A stretch of 62,914 nucleotides of DNA, the filler included, from Parasitella parasitica NRRL 2501 (lineage: Eukaryota; Fungi; Mucoromycota), in NCBI GenBank assembly GCA_025201805.1. It is 8 parts of 8 records of this genome, joined end to end, with 100 filler letters (N's around TTAATTAATTAA, not from the genome) between each part and the next. Parts side by side here need not be neighbours in the genome. Positions count along the whole stretch, not along the records: positions 1 to 20,425 come from MU619462.1; 7 more parts are not named here. One strand, written 5' to 3'. The position numbers and the translations under genes are program-made. Below, one piece after another: positions 1 to 11,671 of the stretch. Within the stretch, counting starts at the first letter, position 1. Each line of letters starts with the position of its first letter. Below the pieces are notes generated by a model that was given only the letters and a program-made list of their open reading frames with translations, had not been told where the DNA came from and searched no databases.

Positions 1-460
1 TGGGTGTTGATGTAATAGTGTCTTTGACAATGGGAATGTCAAGTAATTCTAAATAAAAAGCTGATCGAACAGAATGAAGGGCTGATCGACCATAAATGTT
101 TAATATAGTTGCTAGTGGAGGCGTAGTAGTTGATTGTTCATAGTCCTGTGTCAAATGAATGGATGCTAGGATATAACGACCGCCATCAATGCCTTCAGAT
201 ATAGGATGAATTGAAAATTTGGTGGATAAAGATACGATGCCGCAATGTTGAGTCCAATGGCTCGACTTGCTTTGAAAATGATTATTTAAAAGATCCATGG
301 TAATAGAGTCTGTTGCGTGTGTTTCTTGGAGCACTAAAATATCGTAATCTAGTGTTCTAAGATATCTAATGAATTGTTGTCTTTTTTTTGGATTTTCTGA
401 TTTTTTGAGGCCACGGCAATTAAGGGTGGCGATTTTAACTGTATGGTGTATAATATTCAT
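1..460 (-). CDS. LINE ORF2, N-terminal APE endonuclease domain (runs off window start)
   Basis: Manual translation from ATG at 460: MNIIHHTVKIATLNCRGLKKSENPKKRQQFIRYLRTLDYDILVLQETH, containing the APE motifs TLNxRG and LQETH. Starts 4 nt after the ORF1 stop. Confidence 0.9.
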   Translation of the reverse strand, partial: MNIIHHTVKIATLNCRGLKKSENPKKRQQFIRYLRTLDYDILVLQETHATDSITMDLLNNHFQSKSSHWTQHCGIVSLSTKFSIHPISEGIDGGRYILASIHLTQDYEQSTTTPPLATILNIYGRSALHSVRSAFYLELLDIPIVKDTITSTP

Positions 461-464
461 TAAA

Positions 465-1940
465 TTATTGATTAAGCGGAGGTTGGAATACTGGCGAGGC
501 AGGAAGCAAGCTGCTCTGTTCATTAACTTGATTTCTTATGGAACTAATATCAGAAGAACTGTTTCTTCTAGCAAATTTCGAGGCTGGTTTGGAAGGATCC
601 ACAGTAGAAGATCGATCCGTCGGTATATCACGGGAGACAAGGGTTAATGCCATAGCATCAGAAATAACAGAAGTGGATTTAGGAAGGGTATCCTCAAAAC
701 CCTCATTCGATGTATCCGTGGCAGCAGAATCTAGTGATACTCCCATTAGCTCGTCTGCTGTCTCATAGGGTGGGCGAGAAACTTCGCCCATCAACTGGTC
801 CTCTTCTTTCCCGTTGATGCTAACATAATTCGAATTGGAAATATCAGTACCAGTACCAGTAGCAACTGATGACTGGGTATTCGCTTTGTATGAGGCAGTA
901 GTTTTATTGCTTTTGCGATCCTTGGTTTTGGAAGGGGAGGATTCCACAACCCTCACTTTCGCTGGCACTGACTCAGAATTGTTTCGGTCACAGTTTTTAG
1001 CAACATGCCCATGTTTGTTGCAATGGTAACATCTAACCCATTTTTTGTAATCCGGGCAATCCGCACGGCAGTGATCAGAAGCTTGACAGTTGCGACAAAA
1101 GTTAGGCATAGTATCCCATTGTAAGAGAATCTTGCGAGGATCAATTGCAAGAGGGTCCCAAATAATAACCCGAGATAGCTGCTCCAATTGGTTGAAGCGC
1201 GAACAAGATGATCCATGAGTGTGTGTTTCCTGACACTGACTCTCAGCAGAGTTTTTGACGGTGAGGTTTAAGGTAGCATAACCTTCCCCATGAAAGATGC
1301 CATCTGTTTTAGAGATGCCATGGTCCAAAACATTGCCAAAATCAGACAAACGTTTTGCCATTTCGTCTTTTAGTTCCATTGCTGGAAGAAAAGGAAGGTT
1401 TTCCAACTTCAAGCGAACAATGGTGGCGTCCGCGTTGTAGGATGGGAAACCTTTAACAAAGGTGCCATCTTCAAGAGTGATACCAGAGTCAATGATAGTC
1501 TGGCGGCTAGGAGAAGAAGGAGTCCACATCGTTTCGAGGAATTCATGTCCAAGATATTTACGGGTTTGGCGTCGATAACCCAAAAATTCTTCAGTAAGTC
1601 CATGTTTTTCAGCTTCCTCGTTGAACTTGAGAAGTTCTTTGTTCAAGAGCGATCTATCTTTGATAGTCGTAAGGTCAATTAATATAGAATCCTGCTCCAT
1701 TCCTTTAATGAACGGACGTATAACGGCCATGGGAGCCGGAGGTGTAGCGCCGTTGAGTGCATTCTGAGTCGACTCTGCCTCAGTTACTGGTCTCGTTATC
1801 AATGTTGGGTTGAAAGAAACAATCTGTTCCTTTTGATTTTTGCCTTTTTTTCGAGATTTGACAACATGGGTCCATAACATGGGCCTCCTGTTGTTGGAAT
1901 CGCTAGAAGATTGTTGCTGTTGCTGTTGTGATTCTACCAT
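465..1940 (-). CDS. LINE ORF1, gag-like nucleic-acid-binding protein with two CCHC knuckles
   Basis: 491-aa ORF with RRM-like VRLKLENLPF, CRNCQASDHCRADC and CYHCNKHGHVAKNC, directly upstream of an APE ORF. Confidence 0.88.
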   Translation of the reverse strand: MVESQQQQQQSSSDSNNRRPMLWTHVVKSRKKGKNQKEQIVSFNPTLITRPVTEAESTQNALNGATPPAPMAVIRPFIKGMEQDSILIDLTTIKDRSLLNKELLKFNEEAEKHGLTEEFLGYRRQTRKYLGHEFLETMWTPSSPSRQTIIDSGITLEDGTFVKGFPSYNADATIVRLKLENLPFLPAMELKDEMAKRLSDFGNVLDHGISKTDGIFHGEGYATLNLTVKNSAESQCQETHTHGSSCSRFNQLEQLSRVIIWDPLAIDPRKILLQWDTMPNFCRNCQASDHCRADCPDYKKWVRCYHCNKHGHVAKNCDRNNSESVPAKVRVVESSPSKTKDRKSNKTTASYKANTQSSVATGTGTDISNSNYVSINGKEEDQLMGEVSRPPYETADELMGVSLDSAATDTSNEGFEDTLPKSTSVISDAMALTLVSRDIPTDRSSTVDPSKPASKFARRNSSSDISSIRNQVNEQSSLLPASPVFQPPLNQ

Positions 1941-3172
1941 GCGAAAAAAGTAATTTTGTTTTCGAATTGTCCAAATAGAGTTTTTGAAAGAATTTTTTCT
2001 TTCTGGTTTTGGACGCTTTTAATCTCAGCTATTAAAGAAAAATGGAGTTTTTTTTTGAAGAAAGGATTAGCTTTGAAAAGCCATAGCTTACCCGAATCAA
2101 GAGAAAAATAATTGAAACCTAGTTTATTTAAATATTGCGCTTCTTGGATTTCTAATGGTGGTTCTTGCATGTCTGTACATAGCCTGAGGATCTCACACCC
2201 CGATTTTGAAAAATACTTTTCCGAAAAAGAATTAAAAAAGTCGCTACCTTCATTTGATGTCAGCTTAAAAAGTACAAAAGCTTGCTCTAAACTATGCAAA
2301 TATCTAATCAAAAGGTGTCTTATAGTCCAATGCATCAGTTTACATTACTTTTTTTGTGTTTGAAACCACTAAACATTGTTTTCTTTCAGTTTTTGTCTTT
2401 TTTCTGATAATGACACACTGAAGTTCGCATAGACCAAAAAAAATCTAAAGTCAACAAACACACTTACACCCAGGATCGCAGATGTTTGTCAATAGACAGC
2501 CGTTACCTTTTTTCTAAGGCTACTTTTAACTAAAAGATATGATGTAGATAGCTTATTTCACAACTCATTCTCTTTATTTTCACTATGAATGAAACAAAGC
2601 AATTACTTTTTTTTTTTTTCTTAAACATGGAAAGAAATCTTTTTGGAGACACATCTTTCTTCTCTCAGAGACTTTCTAGCTTTTATCAAAAATAAAATGC
2701 TTTTTACCAGAGACTCTTACATATATCACCACAATCACCATCACCTTTATTAGTTACTTGAACTTCTTTTTTTCAGAAACTACAAAATGACAATATGATG
2801 ATAGATGCTGATCAGGCGTAGCAGATCAATTGTGAGAATAAAACTACTTAGATTTTAATTATGGTAATAACTAAGATCAAAATAAGAAGAACTAAAATTA
2901 CTGCCATCCCAGTATCTGGTAGGAGTTGAACCTACTTATAATAATTGCTTCATGTAAAGTGAGACATCATGAAATGTGAATCATAACAGACAACTTGATA
3001 GATATGAATGAAAACATGGATACAAATGTCTGTCTTGCCCGCGGACCTGTTAGCTATTCTAATCTTCCAACTACAAACACAGTCGGTATGCGTTATGTGG
3101 TAATTTATAATTTGGTATGGTATGAAATTATGATCAATGATCAAAAAGTTTCCTGTTTGTACCTGACAGCGT

Positions 3173-3299
3173 TGTCGTACACTAGTTTTGACACTCAACT
3201 TCAAAGCAATATAAATAGCAGATCATATATCAAATTGATTAAACCTCATCTTTAACTGATACATATATCTGCCTTATTGACTTTAAGATTATCACGACA
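3173..3299 (+). mobile_element. 127-bp solo LTR (family A)
   Basis: TGTCGTAC...CACGACA termini. Aligns over its full length with the 5' LTR at 52350-52476. Confidence 0.85.
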
Positions 3300-3300
3300 A

Positions 3301-3398
3301 AAGTTAGAGATGAAAAAGATGATGTTTATTCTTTTGTGTTTCAACTGAAATTTATACTAACTAAAAGTGTTACACACAAAGTCTGTGTGTACCTGACA
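3301..3398 (-). mobile_element. Partial short LTR (family B)
   Basis: Reverse complement TGTCAGGTACACACAGACTTTGTGTGTAACACTTTTAG... aligns with 45390-45485. Confidence 0.75.
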
Positions 3399-3447
3399 TT
3401 GGAAATATTTCAAACATCTCACTTTATTGAAAAAATGTGAAAAAAAA

Positions 3448-3520
3448 TGCCTGCTAACAGAATTGAACTGTTGACCTTCTGCTTACTAGGCAGACGCTCT
3501 GCCAACTGAGCCAAACAGGC
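3448..3520 (-). tRNA. tRNA-Thr(AGT)
   Basis: 73-nt cloverleaf GCCTGTT...AGCAGGC-A, anticodon arm TCTGC-CTAGTAA-GCAGA, TTCAA T-loop, followed by a T-run Pol III terminator. Confidence 0.95.
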
Positions 3521-3532
3521 TTTTCTGCTATT

Positions 3533-4018
3533 TGACGGTAGTCAAATTTTATATGTTGTAATTATTAATTATAGTATAGAGCAGAAGCACGTGATATACA
3601 CTATGCTATGCTCGTGTTGAGATCTGCTAGATCGAAAATAAGCAAAGTATAAAATAAAACGTTGAATCAACGAAACACAAAAACTTGAGATTACTTTATT
3701 AAAGCTTCAACTTTGCATCTGTTATTTATACTTTTTACAACCACATAAATTTTTGGTGACTTATTTAAGAGACTAGTCGACACTAATCGATATAAGAGTA
3801 ATTTGCAAGCAACATCATATCCTTAACAGGCACAATGTATTATTATACTATAAGTCTATTGATATTTGATCTGAAAATACCTTATTGTTTGTTAATCATA
3901 CAGATCTGTGTTACAGATAAGCTTCTTGATGTGAACCAAAGACTTTATTCTCCTGTTTAGACAATTATAACAACACATCATAGGATAAGCTCCAATCTTT
4001 AATTGAAGTACATTATCA
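3533..4018 (+). mobile_element. Candidate solo LTR upstream of tRNA-Thr
   Basis: TGAC...ATCA ends. Shares ordered motifs GCACGTGAT, GCTATGCTC and TCTGTTATWTATA with the reverse complement of 44861-45222. No clear TSD. Confidence 0.5.
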
Positions 4019-4296
4019 TGATCTTCTATCCTACATTATTCAAAGAATACATCTAGATCAGATCGCGGGATGTCGGGAAGACATCCTACCCAATCTTGTT
4101 TTTAATGTAAAATAGAAAGATAGGGCTATCCTGCGAAATGCTGTGATTTGATAAGGTTTGACACTTCTTGTCAAACATCAGATGTTATGTGGATAAACAT
4201 TGATTGGGATGTGTTTTAGTATAAATAGAGATCGTATCTTATGTCGGTAAAAGTATTTATTACTTTATACATTTCACAATGTTTCGTACGATATCA
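4019..4296 (+). repeat. Dispersed LTR-like repeat
   Basis: 4036-4171 is a near-identical inverted copy of 20526-20660. TGAT...ATCA ends and a TATAAATA motif near 4220. Confidence 0.6.
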
Positions 4297-7160
4297 ATTA
4301 GTTTTATAAATAACACAAAGGATACATAACATTTCTTTATCATGACAGAAATTGGCTGCATAACCCTGCCTGAGGCATTATTCCGTCTTTACTCATTCAT
4401 CACACTGAAGAATATCCGTAAATTATAGCGCGCTACCCTTTTATTTTGACATTGCTGTACCAAGCTGATTCATCACCATCTGTCGTTGCACCTGTCAGCA
4501 CGCCATCCCCCGAAGTTGCATACCCAATTGACACCTCAGCCTTTTCTCCCTCTGCAAGTCCCTATACCACACAATTATTTCAGATGATTAACAATACCAT
4601 CTCTAAGTATCATAACTGCAGTATCCAATATAAATGAAATTCATGCTGTCAAATAGATTTTTATGACTAAAGTACTTGGACAAAGCGACCAAACCAAAAA
4701 AAAAAAAAATTGACTGAGCATGACTATAACTTGTGTTTTGCATTTCTTCTGTCTCTCTGTCAGTTTTTCATCAAAAGTAGTATATTCATCTGCATATTGT
4801 TCTTGCTGGTTTGATTGGGGTGGATTAAATGACATTGCTTGTTAAATCGACACTATCTAGTAAAATTGTAAAAGAAAAGAAAAATAGGCTTAGTAAATCT
4901 AACACAAAACCAACATCTCTACACACGACAGTTATACCAAAGTTATCCTATAGATCTCATGTACAAGGTCTCGCTCTTAGATTATGTCCAAAAGTCAATT
5001 TGGAATAAACTCGCCAAAGAATTACTCATTATTACGGATACACCTAATGAGCGTATTCATACACATAAATGATACTTGGTGGTTTATAATTCAAAGATAC
5101 TGCCTACATTAATAGGCACAAGTTGATTTTAACCAGTCTTCTAATATAACAGCCGAAATTGATACGATGGCGTTGATATTGAGTAAAGTGATTCCGAACA
5201 AGAAGTCGACGTCAATAGGATTGGAGGCGATGTTACAAGCAATGATGACTTATCATGCATAAGTGAATACTTGAAATCAATTCAAGATAAACTCGGACGG
5301 AATGAATTGCTCCAAGCCTATTGCAAAGATGGCACATATTGGGTCAAGACATAGCTTGAACTAAAAGTAGGTTGAACATTTCGATCCTTGATTAGTACGT
5401 TTTATAAATGCTCTTCATTATCATCTTCTTTTATCCAAACAATTGCCATATTTTTGTGTCAATCTGTGATTTTGCCATCACCGTTAGAAAATACCATTTG
5501 CTGCTGCGTAAGTTATTGAGATTTGGCCTGGTGTCTCTGATATTCAAAAGAAAAAAACTTTTGGTATAGCACCTCTCTAGCGTGCTTTTATTTCATTCTG
5601 TTAAATGGAAAGCTATACACCAACTGCTGCAGAATTTCCAACAGAGCAACAAACATTCAACGAAGATATGCTACCACTCCTACTAGCATGATGTCGATAA
5701 CTTTGACAGCATTTCTAATATTATCAGCGCTACCACTTGCAACATTTACTGCAAAAGCTGACAGACTCTTGACCAACTGCAGCTATTTTGCTGAACACCA
5801 TTGTACCAAATATGCAAATGTTCATGTTCATACGCCAGAAGAGAGGCCAATTTCAGAAAACTAATTTCCAAATCAACAATAAATAATTTAGGAGGAAGGC
5901 CCTCTCTCAACATTTGGAAACTCAGTAAATAATGGTGCCGCATCAGTAATGGCATTACTATCTTCTATAAAATACGTGACCTATTGAGGAATTACTCTAA
6001 AAAACAAAAGGCAAAAAAATTGTCGAGACTGAGCGATTAAGTGAGCCAACAATCCTTGGGATGAATGTTTTTGCTCGGAACACCTCAAGAAGTGTTGTTG
6101 TACCAGAAAACTCTTATATTAAGATTCGACAGCCTCAAGATTATTCTGTCTCTTCTTCTAGCAATCAACTTCCAAGTGTTTCGAGGACCGCAAAACTGTA
6201 ATGAAATGAGTGTAATAACACATCAAATATAAATCCTAGCTTGTTGCTTACTTAAATCACTTTCTCTTTATTACACTAAACCATTTCTCTTTTTCAATAA
6301 CAAATACTTATGGGAAATTACATTTAAAATTACAAAGCTGCTGCAGATTTATGAAGCTTTTTTATTTCATGTCTGTTTTACGATTGTCTTATCAGCCTTC
6401 ATTTTTTCCTTGTTGAATTGATTGACACTGTTGCAATTTTTGGAAATCGAACCAGTGTGAAGTATTTTATTGAATCTACTAGTAACCTGCAAAATTTCCT
6501 TTTACTCCTCAGCGAAATTTTATTCCTTTGTTTTCTCTCGGCTTGTTCTGCTTCAAAGAATTTTTCAGATACTATGTGTTTGCGTACCATTTCTCTTGTT
6601 TTCATCTACAAGGTCAAGAATATTGAAAGTATTGAATCTTCACAAACACATACATAGTTTTTTACTTTTATTTATGTGTGTGTGTGTTTTTTACTGTGTA
6701 TCTAGTATTTCGTTTCTATTATTTTACGTTTTGATTCAAGATCAATCGTGAGATGTTACGGTATAGATTCATGCTCTATCTTAAAGCATAACATTGAGGC
6801 TTTTCAGCAAGATAGTCCCAGTGACTACAGATCAAGAAAAAAATTTATTGCCATTCTGTTGAGACTCAGAGAAGTTATAAAAGCTATGAGTCCATAGCCA
6901 CAGTCAACGTTTTTTCTTTTATCCAACTTTCAAAACACTATTGTAAAAAAGGTAAATATTAAGGATTCGTTAAAAAGATAATTTGATATGTGGTTGCAAG
7001 TGATGATTAGTACACTATGGCATAGTTCAACAGACGCTGGTCTTACTAACCTAATTGAATGTTGACAAAAAATTCTTTCGCCCCTGTCTGAAAGCATCAC
7101 ATTTCATTTTATACGTCTTTCTTTTGTATTTTCTGAAAATTTTGCTAATATATCTTGTAT

Positions 7161-8100
7161 TTAGGTTTTAACATATTGAGGTCCTCGGATCTTTATATAG
7201 CTTTTTATACAAATTTTTTTTTTGACATTAAACTTTTTTTTTAAATCGTAATTTCTAATTTCTAATTGTTTGCAATGTGTTGAGTTTCCTGGATTTCGAG
7301 CCAAGATGGTAACCGCTTTTATATTCATCCTGGTCCAGCTTTGCATGCTCTCATCTTCTAATCCAGAGCGTATAATATTTTGTTTTGCTAATATCAAAAT
7401 AGAAAATATGCGAAGCTTCCCCATGTATTACCCGATGTAATACAGGCAACCGCTTTTCTCCAAAATGAGTAAGAAGTATATAACAGTTCTTTAAAACTGA
7501 CATGTGCTTGGAGAGAAATCGTCGTTCTGATTAGAAACTTGGATGGACAATGTTCTCTATACCTTGAATGAAAGCTTTTATTAGATGATATCACCCGTTG
7601 AAAGAATTTGACCATTAAAGAGATGTTGATAAAGACAAAAATTGATTTCGAGTCTTTGTCGTGTGCCTGCCAAAGAAGTTCTTTGGCACTACATGAGTTA
7701 TTGAACTCAAGAAAAACTCTTAAGACGTAGACCGGACAACTCTGATTTTGACATACACCTAAAGCTAGAGGAGATCACTTACATTACCAGCATTAAGCGA
7801 CATGTCCTGATCAGAAGCAGAAGAAGATGGATATATCACATAGTACCAGCTGCCTGGTTTGGCCCTGTTATTTTCGATTTCAGTTTTTTGGATAAAATCA
7901 ACAACTGTGCCAATATCAGCAACATCTAGAACAGCAAATTTCTTGGCTTCATAATCGCGAAATGACTGAACCATAGGTATATTCTTTGTGTATGGTGATG
8001 TTTGAGTGTAATTTCATTGCCTCAACAAAAGCATATAAGCTGCCAGAAGTTTGATCTGAGACAAGATCGAGATTGCACTCAAAAAAGAATAGTGCTTTGC
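7161..8100 (-). pseudogene. Degenerate transposon-derived coding remnants (possible CACTA-like transposase C-terminus and tyrosine-recombinase fragment)
   Basis: Broken frames such as LYAFVEAMK..IPMV..KKFAVLDVADIGTVVDFIQK and LGVCQNQSCPVYVL. Weak motif resemblance only. Confidence 0.3.
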
Positions 8101-8785
8101 CAACAAACCAGTGGGGAATTGGCGCACATTGACGATTGACTTTACCAGTCTGATTAGTAAAGGTAATCGCAGTGGTAGTCTATGTGAAATTCTATCTACT
8201 TTTTTCTAACGTTTGAATCAAAGATGATGTATTCACTTCTTCTTTCATCGCCACCACCAGAATTCGATGTATTCTTTTTCTCAAGTAGTGCTGATTGTAT
8301 GAGGTGCGCATCAAACCAAAAGCTTTGACGATCCATTCTACCTCTGTTATCACGTTCAACAGGAAACCTCTCAGGGTCTTTAGCAATGTTGCAAGAGGCC
8401 AATAGCGCTTGCTGATTTTCGTCATTTGCTACCTCCCCAAGACCCCTCCCAATGCCACTATCCAATTCTTGGATGATAAGGCCCGTTTTTCGCACAACTC
8501 AAGAACCCCGAGAATGCCAGCCAACCTGTGCCTGGGGGTATTGACAACGATAAAGCCTGTGATGACCCTGAAAACCATTTCTTCTGGGACTCGTGGGACC
8601 CTTCCAAGGAATTGCATTATGCTTTTAGGTGCGTGGGCTTCTGAACATTCCACGTCCATGTATAAGATCAAGTCAAACTAATTCATATTAATTCATACGC
8701 TTTATTCTTGAAAGAGGGCATAATAATGGCATATTTACATACATATTTACATTTAAAATCATAGTATTTGTCTCAATAAATCGCA

Positions 8786-11671
8786 CTACCAATAAAGAAC
8801 ATCGGTCGACGTGTTTGCAATGGAATTATCGCCGCTATTAGAATAGTCTATGGCCTTTGGAGAAGATACGAAAGTTTGCTCTTGGCTGTTTCGTTGGTTT
8901 GGCTCGGGTAGGAAGCCAAACAATACGCTTTGCGAAGGCGACATGGGCAAGTCTAGAGACGACATTGGCTTTGAGTGCCTGGGTTGTTGGTCGTAGATGT
9001 AGTTTGACGTTTGTTCAAATGATTTGGAGGTCGAGTTGAGCAAATCAGTTAGTTGCTGTTCTTGCGGCGATGGCTGCGGTTGCTGCTGCTGTAAATTATC
9101 AAAGTAGGCGTTCCATTCCTCTGTGTTTAGTGAAGTAGGCATTCCCCAAAACGCAGTGCCCAAGGGGTCGAATTCTTGCTGTTGGAGTGGGCCAGGAACA
9201 ATGCCAGGAGCCGCAAAGGGATCCATTGTAGGCGCAATGCCCAGAACTGACGTTGAAAAAGAGCGCTGATTGCTATTAGGAAGATTCTTATGTTGGGAGT
9301 TGCTAGAATCCAAGGATGCCGATCTGCCATGCTGAATTGACGGGCGCACGGAAGAGACCTGCACGGAAGTACTAGTAGTCGGTAAATAGAGCGAGAGACT
9401 CGTGCCAAAGTCCTTTTGGGTAGCAGGAGTTGAGTTAGGGGACGAATTGGACGAATTCCATCCGTTATTATAATCAATCGAGATGGGCTGCATTGCTACC
9501 ACAGCCTGCTGCTGATAATCCCTGTTCAGTTCAGGCGAGTTTGGGACCGCAATACACGGAGGGGGACTTGTCTTGTTGTCCAATTTTGGCACGTATTTAT
9601 CAGACTCCAGTTTGATGTCGCGTAAGCCAGCCAACTCGCCCAAGATGTTGCAGCAGCGAGCAGCGTTCATCCAGGTTAATTCCAGGTCATCCAGAGCACG
9701 CATGATTCTGTTGATATTAATCTTGGCATCAAAGGCGCGGTCGGGGTCGGCAGAAGATGCGACTTTGATAAAGATGATCCCGGCAGTGAACACAAAGAAA
9801 ACCGAAAAATTGTGCACAAATCGCAGGTGGTTTTCACCCAGCATGATGTTTACAATGTCCAGAACAGAAGTTGCTGCAGACTCGCAAATTTTGTACGACG
9901 GTAAAGAAATGGGCAGCTGCGATTGCGTTGGGCCCGGGATAAACGAACGATGCAGCAAAATCATGGTAGTGTAATAGGTAAGGTGCAGCTGGCAGATGGC
10001 AGACGGAGGATCAGGCCCCTTTTCGCCTATTTGTGTGTTGGGCAGTTTGTACTGAAGTGCGATGGGCAGGCTGCTGTGCCATTGAAGCAGCTGTCGATGC
10101 AATGTAGTGAGGATTCGGTCAATGTAGTGCGAATCGGTGTGGTGCTTAGCCTTGACAAAGTAAATATTTTTCAGCACGTGGCCCAGAATATCACAAATCT
10201 TGATGTTTTGAGTAAACACTTCCAAGAGCCGAATGGGTGGTCTAGATTGATCTTGGTTAGCGGCTGCGATAGGCTCATCGTCGTCCACTGCCGGGAAAGG
10301 GACGTCGCAATCCTTCTCTTCAAAGTTGGGTGCACGGCCATAAATAGCACTGGTAACTCTATCCACAATGTAGCAGCACCAAAACACCCGTTTCCTGCGG
10401 TCTCTTTCTTCGGGTGAGATGTTCCAATGATCACAGTTGCGATTGAGGCCCAAATCTTGAGCCATGCGAAAAGCCATACCGCTGTACAGCCATGCTCTGG
10501 CAGATTTCATAGCGCCTTGCTGGTGGCTGGCCATTAATAACAGCGCCTGCACGGTAGATATTTTGGGGGTGTCGTAATAGTCATCCAGTAAACATTTAGC
10601 CCTTTCGTAAAAGATGTCACCGGCGGTGTCAGGTGCATGCGGATCAGATCTCACACGTTCATCAGAGGATACTCGTGATGCAATGGCGTAAATTGCATTC
10701 AAAAGAAGGGGAGAGACAGGCTCGAGTGGCGATGAAGAGCAGACCAAGCGCCTCTTGTAGAACATGGGGAGCACAGGGTAGAAGTGGGTAAAGTAGAGTG
10801 TAATCAAGTGCTCAGACAGGTCTTTTGGCGGCAGATCAAGCGGATCAACATTGGAATATCGCCGTTTGCGAGATGACTGATACAAGTTCTGATCTACTTT
10901 GAATTGATGAGCGTATCCAGAAAAGTGAAAAGCGCCATTCTGGTAGGTGCGGCTGTCTGATAGCAGGTAGAATCCAGAAGATTTACCGAGGTAGCGGACC
11001 CCGCCGTTCTCATCCATCGACAGCTGTCCTGCGCTATCAATGGCAGGCGATCCAGAGGCTGAGGTATCTTGCTCACCAGGAAATTCGCTGTAGGTCAGCG
11101 TTGGACTGTCAAACAAAGGAGACAAAGGTGAGGCCATTACAGTATCGGTGTCTGTCTTGGAAGATTGCGTGCTTCGCCGTTGTCTACGTTGAGGTCTTCC
11201 ATTGATCTTTTCACCAGCGGGAGTCTCCAGCGGAGATTGCAGCTCCTTGATCAATTCCAAGGCACGAGGATCGACCTGATCGTCCTTTACAAGGTCGTTT
11301 AGGTAGGCCTCTAGTTTATGTAGCCTGTTTTCAATGGCTTCAATGTAGCCTTTGGGAGGACCTCTCTGATTGAAGCTTCTTTAGTTTGATTTCCGAGAGA
11401 GTTCGTCGTAGTAATAGTGACTCACCTTTTTAGTAGTATCTTTGTATGAACAATCCAAGTGGAAGGCCTGGCAATTCCCACAGACAGGAGAAGCCCCATC
11501 ACACTTGATCTTCTTTTTTCTGCATAGATCACTAAAGAGAACGTTAAAAAGTTGTTAACTGATGGATCTCGGATGGCGAATAAATGTGGGGTAAAGCCAA
11601 ACAAAAGAAACTTACCATGCACGACTCACTCTCTGTCGCTTGTTTGTTGCTTCATCACTGCTAATTGACAT
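8786..11671 (-). CDS. Zn(II)2Cys6 fungal transcription factor with fungal-specific TF middle domain (2 introns at the 5' end)
   Basis: Spliced N-terminus MSISSDEATNKRQRVSRAC|DLCRKKKIKCDGASPVCGNCQAFHLDCSYKDTTKK|RGPPKGY; then YLGKSSG, AFRMAQDLGLNR and RRKRVFW motifs. TATAAATA at about 11728-11735 (- strand). Confidence 0.93.

Larger units (their letters stand above)
1..2400 (-). mobile_element. L1-clade-like non-LTR retrotransposon, 5' part (5' boundary approximate)
   Basis: ORF1 (CCHC) plus ORF2 (APE) architecture. Confidence 0.8.

Noticed and set aside
5100-6750. Short broken ORFs with Cys/His clusters
   Set aside because: No family motif could be confidently recognised; likely old TE debris.
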